64,000 nt of DNA from Patescibacteria group bacterium (GTDB taxonomy: Bacteria > Patescibacteriota > Minisyncoccia > Phycocordibacterales > Phycocordibacteraceae), in NCBI GenBank assembly GCA_040384705.1, contig JAZKIU010000001.1, forward strand, positions 542,053-606,052. The letters are read 5' to 3'. The translations under genes and the position numbers were made by a program. This document shows positions 17,108 to 25,953 of this stretch, in pieces. The notes beneath the pieces were generated by a model. The model was not told the origin of the DNA, ran no database searches, and saw only the letters and a program-made list of their open reading frames with translations. Each line of letters starts with the position of its first letter. The stretch's first letter is position 1.

Positions 17108-18382
17108 ATGAGCGAGAAGGAACCCCTCTCCACCGAAAGCTATAAGGGCGTACGTGATTTCTACCCCGAGGACTGGACCCGCCTCCAGACCGTCTTCGAT
17201 ACTGTCCGTAAGGTGCTCCGCTCGTACGGCTTCGAGGAGTACAACGCATCCCCACTCGAGCGTGCCGAGCTCTACGAGAGCAAGACATCCGAGGAGATAG
17301 TGAACGAGCAGACGTATACGTTCACGGACCGCGGGGACAGGAGGGTGACGCTGCGTCCTGAGATGACACCGACGCTCGCGCGCATGGTGGCGGCTAAGCG
17401 TCGCGAGCTGGTGTATCCCCTTCGCTGGTTCTCCATCGGTAATCGCTTCAGGTATGAACGCCCTCAGAAAGGCCGATTGCGTGAGTTCTTCCAAGTTGAC
17501 GTGGATATCGTCGGAATCAAGGAAGCGAGCGCCGAGGGCGAGGCGGTCGTCATGGTGTACGAGATACTCCGCGCGTTCGGGGCGAAGAACAGCGATTTCT
17601 CTATCCGCATCAACTCCCGCACGCTCGTGAACGCAGCGACATCCGCGCTCGGTCTCTCGGAAGAAGAATCCACGAGCTATCTCGCGCTTATCGACCGCAA
17701 GAACAAGATGGATGAAGGAGCGTTCGAAGAAGCGCGTGCCCCATACCGCAGGGACGGGCATGACCCACTTGAGCTCATCGAATCCCATGAGAATGAAGCG
17801 GTAGAAGCCGAATACCAGAAGCTTGCGAGCCTCATCGAAGCGTTCAAGGCACGCGGCATGGATAATGTCGTATTCGATCCCACCGTCGCTCGCGGGTTCC
17901 TCTATTACACAGGTCTCGTGTTCGAGATATTCGATACGGACCCAGAGAATCCAAGGGCACTTGGCGGCGGAGGTCGCTATGACGGTCTTGTCGCCATGTT
18001 CGGCGGTGATGCACTCCCTGCCGTCGGTTTCGCTATGGGTGACGTCACGCTCCTCGATTTCCTCACCACCCATGACCTTCTCCCTGCGGTATCGAGCGCT
18101 CCCGAGCTCTATATCGGTACGCCCGCTGAGTCCGATATCGCAGGCGCACAGGGTCTGGCTGACACCGTGCGTGCGGATGGGGTGAGGGTCATAACGAACA
18201 TGACCGATAAGTCGCTCGGCGACCAGATACGCGAGGCGGCTAAGCGCGGAATCCCTTATTTCATCGCATATGGCGAGAGCGAAGCGGCTTCGGGAACCGT
18301 TCGCCTCAAGAACCTCGAGTCCGGTTTCGAGCAGGAGCTCGCTCCAGCAGCCGTCGCCGAGGCTATACGCTCCAATTCCTAG
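17108..18382 (+). CDS. hisS: Histidine--tRNA ligase
   Basis: KGVRDF, LRPEMT, RYERPQKGRLREF and GGGRYDGL motifs. Confidence 0.97.
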   Translation: MSEKEPLSTESYKGVRDFYPEDWTRLQTVFDTVRKVLRSYGFEEYNASPLERAELYESKTSEEIVNEQTYTFTDRGDRRVTLRPEMTPTLARMVAAKRRELVYPLRWFSIGNRFRYERPQKGRLREFFQVDVDIVGIKEASAEGEAVVMVYEILRAFGAKNSDFSIRINSRTLVNAATSALGLSEEESTSYLALIDRKNKMDEGAFEEARAPYRRDGHDPLELIESHENEAVEAEYQKLASLIEAFKARGMDNVVFDPTVARGFLYYTGLVFEIFDTDPENPRALGGGGRYDGLVAMFGGDALPAVGFAMGDVTLLDFLTTHDLLPAVSSAPELYIGTPAESDIAGAQGLADTVRADGVRVITNMTDKSLGDQIREAAKRGIPYFIAYGESEAASGTVRLKNLESGFEQELAPAAVAEAIRSNS

Positions 18383-18386
18383 TGCT

Positions 18387-18965
18387 ATGCGTGAAGTGAC
18401 TTTCGATATAGAGACGGCGAACGCGTTCCCTACCTTCTCCCGCAGCGACTATGCGGCACTCGAGCTTTCCGTCGTGGGTGTCCACGACTCCGAGACGAAT
18501 GAATATACGGCATACACCAAGGAGGAGCTCCCGGCGCTGTGGCCCATCTTCGAGAAGGCCGATGTGCTCATCGGGTATAACTCCATCTCGTTCGACGTTC
18601 CTATCTTGAATAAATACTATCCGGGAGACCTTACCAAAATACGCTCCCTCGACCTCATGATGGAGGTGTATGAGGTGCTTGGAAGAAGGCTCCGGCTTCA
18701 GAACCTTGCCGAGGCGACGCTCAAGGTGGGTAAATCAGGCGACGGCCTCAAGGCGGTGGAGTGGTGGCAGCAAGGCCTCGTCGAGAAGGTGAAGGAATAC
18801 TGCATCCAGGACGTGCGCGTTACGCGCGGTCTCTACGACTACGCACTCGAGCATGGAAAGCTGAAGTATAAGGACCTGAAGGATGTTCGGGATATAAAAC
18901 TCGATACTTCTTCTTGGCGTACGGATGGGCCAGGGACAGCATTCACCCATACGCTTCCGTTGTAA
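18387..18965 (+). CDS. RNase H-like (YprB / RNase_H_2) predicted exonuclease
   Basis: FDIET, GYNSISFDVP and YCIQDV acidic motifs. Confidence 0.82.
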   Translation: MREVTFDIETANAFPTFSRSDYAALELSVVGVHDSETNEYTAYTKEELPALWPIFEKADVLIGYNSISFDVPILNKYYPGDLTKIRSLDLMMEVYEVLGRRLRLQNLAEATLKVGKSGDGLKAVEWWQQGLVEKVKEYCIQDVRVTRGLYDYALEHGKLKYKDLKDVRDIKLDTSSWRTDGPGTAFTHTLPL

Positions 18966-19011
18966 ATAAAATGGCGCCCCGGGGAAGGGGCGCCAGCGTG
19001 ACACGAAATAT

Positions 19012-19317
19012 TCAGTTGTTCCTGCTTGTCCGAAGCAACGTGAGCCCCATGGACACGTCCTTGTACGACGTTCTTAGTAGGCGGTACAGCCCCCGAACGA
19101 TTAGGAATCCTGCGAGCAAGAGCAGGCCCACGAAGAGAGCGAAGTTCGCTATCGCAACCCCGACCCGCATGAAGGCGAGCAACACCGTCGCATAGTTCCA
19201 TCCTTCAAGAGCGAGAAGAACGGCAGTGGCGAATTGCATCCATATCGCGAACCAAAGCATCATCGTAATCCGGTCGGATTGAGGATGCCGTTTCGTTACT
19301 GGGTGGTACGTACGCAT
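19012..19317 (-). CDS. Small membrane protein
   Basis: GGGAGG SD, TTGACA upstream on the minus strand, hydrophobic helices and a downstream hairpin. Confidence 0.6.
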   Translation of the reverse strand: MRTYHPVTKRHPQSDRITMMLWFAIWMQFATAVLLALEGWNYATVLLAFMRVGVAIANFALFVGLLLLAGFLIVRGLYRLLRTSYKDVSMGLTLLRTSRNN

Positions 19318-19432
19318 GGCATCCTCCCGGAAGCGTTTGTCTGGGGAGAGGTTAACAATATTTTGCATATTTGTCAATGCCTTCCCTCCCTCTGCAGCGG
19401 GGAGGTTCTGAAGGGGATGGTAAGATTTGGAT

Positions 19433-20119
19433 ATGGAATCATCGTCGAGGAGCGTCTGGCTTATCCCCGGAGCCATCATAGTCGCGGGGCTCATCCTCGC
19501 CATCGCGATATTCGTCATCCGGACGACGAGCGCTAAGATCCCTGAATCAGCGAAGCCTGACGCCGTCCCGGCGGTTACGCCGACCGACCATATCATCGGG
19601 AACCCTGAGGCGCCCGTCGTTATCGTGGAGTACTCCGATATCGATTCGGACGACGGGAAGAACTTCCACGCCGCGCTGCAGCAGCTCATGACGGAATACG
19701 CAGCGGGAGGCCAGGTAGCCTGGGTGTACCGCCACCTCCCTCTTACGACCATGCATGCATACGCGCAGCGGCACGCGGAAGCGTCGGAGTGCGTCGCTTC
19801 CCTTTCGAGCCCCGAAGGGTTCTGGCGGTTCATCGACCAGGCGCATGCTATAGCATCGGGTTCCGCCGAGTTCAATCCGAAGAACTATCCAGTGGTACTC
19901 ACCTCGCTCGGTATACCGCAGGAAGGGTTCGACCAGTGCATGACGTCCGGGAAGTTCTCGAGCAAGGTCCGCAGCCAGGCGCACGACGCGCTCGGGGCCG
20001 GAGCCGAGGGGGCGCCGTTCACGGTGGTATTCATTGAGGGCCAGGAGCCGGTGGCGATAAACGGGGCGCTCCCGTATACGAGCTTGAAGGAGCTAGTTGA
20101 ACGTTCTATGGGCAGATAG
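19433..20119 (+). CDS. DsbA/thioredoxin-fold protein lacking CxxC
   Basis: DHIIGNPEAPVVIVEYSD, WVYRHLPL and GALPY motifs. The CxxC position reads SDDG. Confidence 0.85.
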   Translation: MESSSRSVWLIPGAIIVAGLILAIAIFVIRTTSAKIPESAKPDAVPAVTPTDHIIGNPEAPVVIVEYSDIDSDDGKNFHAALQQLMTEYAAGGQVAWVYRHLPLTTMHAYAQRHAEASECVASLSSPEGFWRFIDQAHAIASGSAEFNPKNYPVVLTSLGIPQEGFDQCMTSGKFSSKVRSQAHDALGAGAEGAPFTVVFIEGQEPVAINGALPYTSLKELVERSMGR

Positions 20120-20194
20120 TTGTTGGAAATGGCCGATTGACATACGAAGCGGGAGTGGGAAAATACTTATATATCAATATTCGATTCAAATACT

Positions 20195-20386
20195 ATGGGT
20201 GAAGGATTTTTCGGTTGGAGGAAGAAAGAGGGTGAGAAGCGTGAATTCGTCGACGCACAGACTAAAGAGCCGGCAGAGATGTTCGTTACGGATGATAAGG
20301 GGAACGTGATCGGCCATGCCGCAACCGAGGCGGAGGCAAAGCAAGTCGCCGCAGACGCGGGCGAGCATTTCCGAGAGGCAGCGTAG
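20195..20386 (+). CDS. Small hypothetical protein
   Basis: TTGACA at 20137 and terminator hairpin at about 20402-20436. Confidence 0.6.
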   Translation: MGEGFFGWRKKEGEKREFVDAQTKEPAEMFVTDDKGNVIGHAATEAEAKQVAADAGEHFREAA

Positions 20387-20436
20387 TAGTTCGATTCATT
20401 GGCAAAGTCTCCCTGCGTACGCAGGGAGACTTTGCT

Positions 20437-23247
20437 TTACCCGAAGAGCTGGAGAAGGTCGTCGTAGTCCGAAGGTTCTCCTGCGCGCCATATACCGGAC
20501 AATAGTTCGCCGATTACGGCATCGAGCGTGATTATTAGCTCCGCCCTCGTCTCAGCCGTAAGCGGTACGGGGAATTCGCGCACGAGCTCGGGACCGACCT
20601 GGACGATGCTGGCCGCCTTGAGGTCATGCTCATTCTCCTTGAGCAGGAGGTCATAGAACGCGAGCTGACGGGCGTGCTTCTCGTCCTTGATGTGGACGTC
20701 GGTGGAGGTCTTGAAGTCGACGATGCATTCCCCGGTCGGAGTATTGAATACCGCATCTACCTTTCCATACAGGAGTATCTCCTTCCCTTCTACCATCCGC
20801 TTCACGGAATACGCCTTCTCTATCGCAGTAGTCTCGCCGTCCTTATGCGCGCTTGCGAGATATGCCTTGAGCGAGAGCGTCGCGTGTTCGACCACGCGTT
20901 CGTAGGCGGCGTTGCGCGGGAGGAGCGAGTTCTTGAGGCAGCGGTTGAGCGCTCCGTACGCTTTGTCCTGGTCCTTCGTGGTGAGGTACTCGGCGATACC
21001 AGCATGCACCGCGATACCTATCGCAGTCGCGGGGGCCTCGGGCTCATGGAGCCTGAGGACACGGCGCGCGAAGAACGTAGGCGGGGATTCTAGGTATTCG
21101 TTCATTGCCGAAGGCGAGAGGCCTTCCTCGGTGAGGTAACGAAGCACGAGCTCGTTGACCACTGCCCGAGGCTTTATTTCAGCATGAAGAAGCGGAAGCG
21201 GGTCCGACGCAGGCGCTATCAGCTCAAGGCCCTCGGGTATGAGCGCCGAGGGCGGCGTGTCGCGGCCATCCCCGTTCTCCGATGCGTACGACAGGACGAG
21301 TTCGTCCTTGGCGCGCGTGATGGCGACATAGAAGAGTTTGGTAATATCCTCGATGCTCCTGGTCTGGTCTACGGGCGAAGGGATCTTGGCGGACATGCCT
21401 CCCTTCTCCCACTGGCGTGCGTTCATGCCGACCACGAAGACCTTCTCGAACTCCATGCCCTTGGCCTTATGCGCGGTGATCACCGTCACCTTCCCTTCCT
21501 CATGCGTCACCGAGGACTTCACGCTCTCGAGCCCATGCTCGTGCGCTTTCGTGAGCGCGCCTACCACGTCCGCAAACGAACGGTTCGGGTCGCGTCCGAC
21601 TATCTCCTCCATGTGCATGAATATGCGGCGCAGGAGCGCGACGTCATCGAGATGCTCCGCGTGCGAGAGCGCGTACGCGCGGGCGCCAGTGTCAGCGAGG
21701 AGCTTCGACATGAGCGGGAGCGGTGCGGCTGCGAGACTCTCCTTCTGCAGTTCCGTGAGCGTCTTGGCGATATCGGGATATACATTGGTGAGCGCAGCCC
21801 ATAGTTCTCGATCCCGGTTCTTAAGGAGGAGCTCGGCTCGCTCTTTCATAGGTATCGGGTACCAAGGAGCGAGGAGCGATTCCCGAAGCGCAGAAGTATC
21901 GAGTGGGTCGGCCACTGCGCGCATGAGCGCGAGAACGGAGCGCATGAAGGGGCGCGATGAGAGGAGGACATCGCCCGCACGGAGCACCGGGATGTTCCGG
22001 GCCGCAAGATGCTCCGCGAAGAGGTCAGCCGTCGAGTTACGGCTCGCGATGATAGCTATCTCATGGGGCTTCGTGCCACCTGCAATGGCGTCCTCGACCA
22101 GCTGCGCTACCTGGTCACGCTCGGCGAGCGGGTCCGGAGCGGCCAGGAGACGTATGGAAGCGAGTCCTTCTCTCGTCGCTACGAGCGGGTGGTGCTCGCC
22201 GGTCGCTGCAGGAACGGACGTGATGAGCGTATGGGAAGTGTCGAGGATACCGCTATACGAGCGGTAGCTGTCGGTGAGGTATATGGTCTCCGTTCGCGGG
22301 AAATGCTCGGTGAAGGTCTTGAAATGCGAGGAGTCGGCGCCTTGGAAGCGGTATATCGCCTGCTTTTCGTCTCCCACCACGAAGATGTTGGGGTGCTCGT
22401 CGTATGCGAGCGTGTCGAGGAGCGCGTGCTGGAGCGCGTTCGCGTCCTGGTGCTCGTCGGCCAATATATACTGGTATTGTTCCTGGATCGTTGCCTTGAG
22501 ATCCGCATCCTCGTTCAGCCCGTCCACCGCGATACGGAGCACGTCGGCGAAGTCGTACACGTCCCGCTCTTCCTTCTTCGCCTCGTACGCCTCTATGAGG
22601 CGCGCGGCTTCCCGTATCTTCTCGAGGCGCTCGAGCTTCTTCTCGCCTTCGGGCTTCAGCTGCCCCTTCTTCTCCCCTTTTACGTATAGGAGGGATTCAT
22701 CTCCTCGGATGCGAGCAGCTTCGGTGTCAGCCCATGCGCGGTATTCAGCGAGCGATATACGTTCGCGGAGCAGGTCGTCCCGTAGGTGCGCGAGGTCGCG
22801 CAGATAGAAATACGGGGACTTGGTGGTGCGGAGCGCGGAAAGCTCCTCGTTCTCGAGTACCTCCCGCCACAGGAGCGTGGACTCCACATCGCCCGCGAGC
22901 CGCTTGCCGCGCGCGTCCTTGAACGAGTCAGGGTACGTCGAGAGCAAATGCTCGGCGAAGCTATGGAAGGTCGAGATGAATACCTCTCGAGCGACCGCGT
23001 CCCCGACGAGCTCAGCCAAACGCTTTCGTACGGTCCTTGCCGCGGACTCGGTGAAGGTGAGCACGAGGATGTTAGTCGGGTTCGCTTGGGTCCTGTTCAG
23101 GATGTTCGCGATACGAAGCGTGAGGATGTGGGTCTTGCCGGTGCCGGGGCCCGCTATGACGAGGACCGGCCCCTCGACCGTATCGACCGCCTTCTTCTGA
23201 GCCGCATTCAGCTTCTTATATTGCTCTTCGAATAGTCCGGGGGCCAT
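20437..23247 (-). CDS. UvrD/PcrA-like helicase fused to a C-terminal PD-(D/E)xK nuclease
   Basis: AGPGTGKT, DEHQD, VGDEKQAIYRFQG, HKAKGMEF and YVAITRAK motifs; C-terminal GKVD..IVDFKT..QLAFY. Confidence 0.92.
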   Translation of the reverse strand: MAPGLFEEQYKKLNAAQKKAVDTVEGPVLVIAGPGTGKTHILTLRIANILNRTQANPTNILVLTFTESAARTVRKRLAELVGDAVAREVFISTFHSFAEHLLSTYPDSFKDARGKRLAGDVESTLLWREVLENEELSALRTTKSPYFYLRDLAHLRDDLLRERISLAEYRAWADTEAARIRGDESLLYVKGEKKGQLKPEGEKKLERLEKIREAARLIEAYEAKKEERDVYDFADVLRIAVDGLNEDADLKATIQEQYQYILADEHQDANALQHALLDTLAYDEHPNIFVVGDEKQAIYRFQGADSSHFKTFTEHFPRTETIYLTDSYRSYSGILDTSHTLITSVPAATGEHHPLVATREGLASIRLLAAPDPLAERDQVAQLVEDAIAGGTKPHEIAIIASRNSTADLFAEHLAARNIPVLRAGDVLLSSRPFMRSVLALMRAVADPLDTSALRESLLAPWYPIPMKERAELLLKNRDRELWAALTNVYPDIAKTLTELQKESLAAAPLPLMSKLLADTGARAYALSHAEHLDDVALLRRIFMHMEEIVGRDPNRSFADVVGALTKAHEHGLESVKSSVTHEEGKVTVITAHKAKGMEFEKVFVVGMNARQWEKGGMSAKIPSPVDQTRSIEDITKLFYVAITRAKDELVLSYASENGDGRDTPPSALIPEGLELIAPASDPLPLLHAEIKPRAVVNELVLRYLTEEGLSPSAMNEYLESPPTFFARRVLRLHEPEAPATAIGIAVHAGIAEYLTTKDQDKAYGALNRCLKNSLLPRNAAYERVVEHATLSLKAYLASAHKDGETTAIEKAYSVKRMVEGKEILLYGKVDAVFNTPTGECIVDFKTSTDVHIKDEKHARQLAFYDLLLKENEHDLKAASIVQVGPELVREFPVPLTAETRAELIITLDAVIGELLSGIWRAGEPSDYDDLLQLFG

Positions 23248-23359
23248 TACCTGTATTCTACGTTGAATCCGTCCTGGCCAGTAGTTGGTTCGGAGGGGTG
23301 ACAAACCATAGGCGAGGTGTACTATCAGATTAGATGTGGCCTAATCAAGGAATACACTC

Positions 23360-23668
23360 ATGCGCCGAGCACCCCACGCTCCTAAAGCCCGTACACCCCT
23401 TCTCCGCCTGATAAAGGAGGGGGAGTATCTCATCATCACCGACCAGGCCGCTTCAAGGGCGGACATGCTCGACGATGCGCTGCTCGTCTACTCGGGCTTC
23501 CCTCAGCTTCTCGCCTACCTCGCGAGCGTTCCGGATCGGGAGCCGAAGCAGATACGGCCCGTGACCCGGATGGAGATCGTCGAGATATGGGGAGACGAAT
23601 GCCCGTTCGAGATCCGCGACTATCGTCCGGGCTCCTCGTTCGAGCGGCTTCCGCTCCATGAAGCGTAG
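23360..23668 (+). CDS. Hypothetical protein
   Basis: AAGGA SD, GTGACA..TACTAT promoter-like motif, downstream hairpin. Confidence 0.6.
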   Translation: MRRAPHAPKARTPLLRLIKEGEYLIITDQAASRADMLDDALLVYSGFPQLLAYLASVPDREPKQIRPVTRMEIVEIWGDECPFEIRDYRPGSSFERLPLHEA

Positions 23669-23824
23669 TACGCCAAAACAGATCGGCCGCCCCTAACAAG
23701 GCGGCCGATGTCTGTTATATCTCATCCTTCCTTCACCCTATCGGCATTACGATTATTCGAGCTTGGCCGCCTCGCATGACGACTAGCATGGTCGACTTAT
23801 CAGTGTGGTAAACGTATACAGCGT

Positions 23825-24025
23825 ATGTGGCAGCAATGGCTTACGGGACTCCTCGGCTTATGGCTCGTCCTCCTCGCCTTCCTCGGGTTCAGCGGTGATT
23901 CGCTCACGTGGTCGCTCATGATAACGGGCTTCCTGGTGACTGCGCTCGGCTTCTGGGGACTGGAAACGAGCGGACACACTGCGGACAGCGGAAGGGGTAG
24001 CTATAGCGATAGCGTATTCCAGTAA
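23825..24025 (+). CDS. SPW-repeat-like small membrane protein
   Basis: MWQQWLTGLLGLWL start and two TM segments. Confidence 0.7.
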   Translation: MWQQWLTGLLGLWLVLLAFLGFSGDSLTWSLMITGFLVTALGFWGLETSGHTADSGRGSYSDSVFQ

Positions 24026-24088
24026 TACATGGGAGTCAGCCCACGGATATCTCCCGCATGACCGACGCTTGTGGCGTCGGTCATGTCC

Positions 24089-24352
24089 TTATCGTTTATA
24101 TACCGACGCGAGCCACCACTTCTTTATGAACGGGAGGGATTGCGTCGAAAGCACGTATCCAAGGGCTGGCACTATTGCCGACAGGAGATAGTCTTGGGCG
24201 CCGATGACATAGAGGACGATAGCGGCGCAGATATAGGTTATGGCCGCGATGGTCCCTATGCGGAATCCGCTCGTCTCCCACGCCTTATCCGCCTCCACCC
24301 GGGCGTTGCGCTCGAGCATGCGCTCCACCGTTTCCCCGATGCGCTCTTCCAT
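24089..24352 (-). CDS. Conserved small membrane protein
   Basis: ERNARVEADKAWETS and LSTQSLPFIKKWW motifs. Confidence 0.75.
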   Translation of the reverse strand: MEERIGETVERMLERNARVEADKAWETSGFRIGTIAAITYICAAIVLYVIGAQDYLLSAIVPALGYVLSTQSLPFIKKWWLASVYKR

Positions 24353-24374
24353 ATGCGTAAAGTATAGCTCGCCC

Positions 24375-24929
24375 CTAGAGGGAGTACCTGGTGCGAAGCT
24401 TACGGCGTAGTGCTAGGTGGTTGGGGACGGTGCGCGCTACCTCCGCCCAGAAGCTACTTGAATGATTGTGCTCCTTGGTGTGGCAGAGCTCGTGCACGAT
24501 GACGTAGTCTGCGAGCGCGCTCGGGAGGAATGCTATGCGGTAGTTGAAGGAGAGGTTCCCCGTGGCCGAGCAGCTTCCCCATCGTGTCTTCTGGTTCCGT
24601 ATCGATACAGTGCCATACGAGAAGCCATAGATTGCATTGAAGTGCCTCAGCCGCTCCGTAGCGAGCGTTCGTGCGGCAGCGATAGCCTCCTTATACGCTC
24701 GAGACCCCTTTCTGGGCTTCGAGAGCGGAATGGGAGGTGTGCCGCCCGTCTGCTTCAGGAACTTTGTTCGTGCCGACTCTATCCATACCTTGCGTGCCTG
24801 GATGAACTCCTCGACCTTCTTCTGGCTTATCCGTACCGGCTTCGTCACCACGACGCGGCTGTCCGGATGGACCGTTATGCGCAGGTGGCGTGCGCGCGAG
24901 GATTCGTGTATTTCATACTCGGTACCCAT
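24375..24929 (-). CDS. M48/YgjP (DUF45) zinc metalloprotease-like protein
   Basis: QKTRWGSCS, DYVIVHELCH and NHSSSFW motifs. Confidence 0.9.
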   Translation of the reverse strand: MGTEYEIHESSRARHLRITVHPDSRVVVTKPVRISQKKVEEFIQARKVWIESARTKFLKQTGGTPPIPLSKPRKGSRAYKEAIAAARTLATERLRHFNAIYGFSYGTVSIRNQKTRWGSCSATGNLSFNYRIAFLPSALADYVIVHELCHTKEHNHSSSFWAEVARTVPNHLALRRKLRTRYSL

Positions 24930-25094
24930 TTCCCTTACTATACCGGGCGTAAAAGAAAGCCGCCCGCTCCGTGCGGAGGGGCGACCGGTAGTTGGGTTAG
25001 GCGGCTTCGAGGAGCGGCGAGCCGATGAATGGTCAAACGACTGTAGTTCGAGGAAACTTGCAGACCACTGTTCCTAATGTGCTATAACGACTAC

Positions 25095-25340
25095 AGCCCC
25101 CGGAAGCAACCATGAAGAGGTGCAAATGAAGCCATGGGGAGTGAGCGATACCGACCAGGTCCCTGCTCGAGAGAGCCAAGATCTTATGCGCGCATAGCGC
25201 TCTTAGTGACAGCAGAGGACGTTGCGGCCGGTGATCAAGCGCAGCGTTGGTCACCAGTAGGATGGCACACCGCGAAATCCTGTCGGGAATATACCGCTCG
25301 CTACACTTGAAAGGTCCGTGATTGTCACGGACCTATTTTT
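25095..25340 (+). ncRNA. Candidate structured non-coding RNA
   Basis: TG-TATAAC -10 at 25080-25088, closing stem 25141-25159/25279-25301, GCTC-GAGA-GAGC GNRA hairpin, GGTGATCAA/TTGGTCACC stem and terminator at 25312-25340. Confidence 0.55.
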
Positions 25341-25552
25341 ATCTGCGGCAAGATTAATCTTTTCATAAATACCCGTCTTCCCCGCATCATTTCCCATTCG
25401 GAAATGCTTATAGTAGGGTTGAGCTGAAGTTCGATCCTGAACCTTGAGAGGACGTCATGAGCTACGATCAGATCGCGACCGGCAGGGTTGCCTGCTTGTC
25501 GATTGACGGCTCCGCCGCTAGAAGCATCCGCTTCGTTGCAGTCACTGAATAA

Positions 25553-25777
25553 CTACCATTTGCTATCGTATTCATATCTAACTTCCTTATTGATAAATGA
25601 ACTGAGGCCCTGTCCACACCTTGCGAGCACCTTCATACTCTCGACATTTGATCTTCCAGTTCGCAAATAAGTGTACTTGTAGCACGAATCGTCACTGAAC
25701 TTCACAATGATGTAATCCTCACCGATCTTGTACTGCCGTATGTTTGATTGCCAAGATAAATTCTCGTATTGTTCCAT
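25553..25777 (-). CDS. Small KTSC-like hypothetical protein
   Basis: SNIRQYKIGEDYIIVKFSD..YKY..GQGLSSFIN pattern; AT-rich. Confidence 0.7.
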   Translation of the reverse strand: MEQYENLSWQSNIRQYKIGEDYIIVKFSDDSCYKYTYLRTGRSNVESMKVLARCGQGLSSFINKEVRYEYDSKW

Positions 25778-25918
25778 ACGCTGTTGTTATTGATGTATGG
25801 GAACCTTATCAAGATGTGATTATGTAAATCTCAATTTTTTATAAAGAATTTATAAAAAATTGCCATCCACTTTTTACTATCCATAGTTTGATTGAAATAC
25901 TTATCAACACCTCTTTCA

Positions 25919-25950
25919 GTAAAGGGTATCATAACTATGATACCCTTTAC
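25919..25950. promoter_or_regulatory. Perfect 15-bp inverted repeat immediately before the MTase start (operator or RNA hairpin)
   Basis: GTAAAGGGTATCATA-AC-TATGATACCCTTTAC, 3 nt upstream of the ATG at 25954. Confidence 0.7.
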
Positions 25951-25953
25951 TTT

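Noticed and set aside
24955-25075. tmRNA tag-like frame ending LLEAA-stop on the minus strand
   Set aside because: There is no tRNA-like domain or CCA end, an in-frame TGA precedes it, and several ordinary ORFs here also end in AA.
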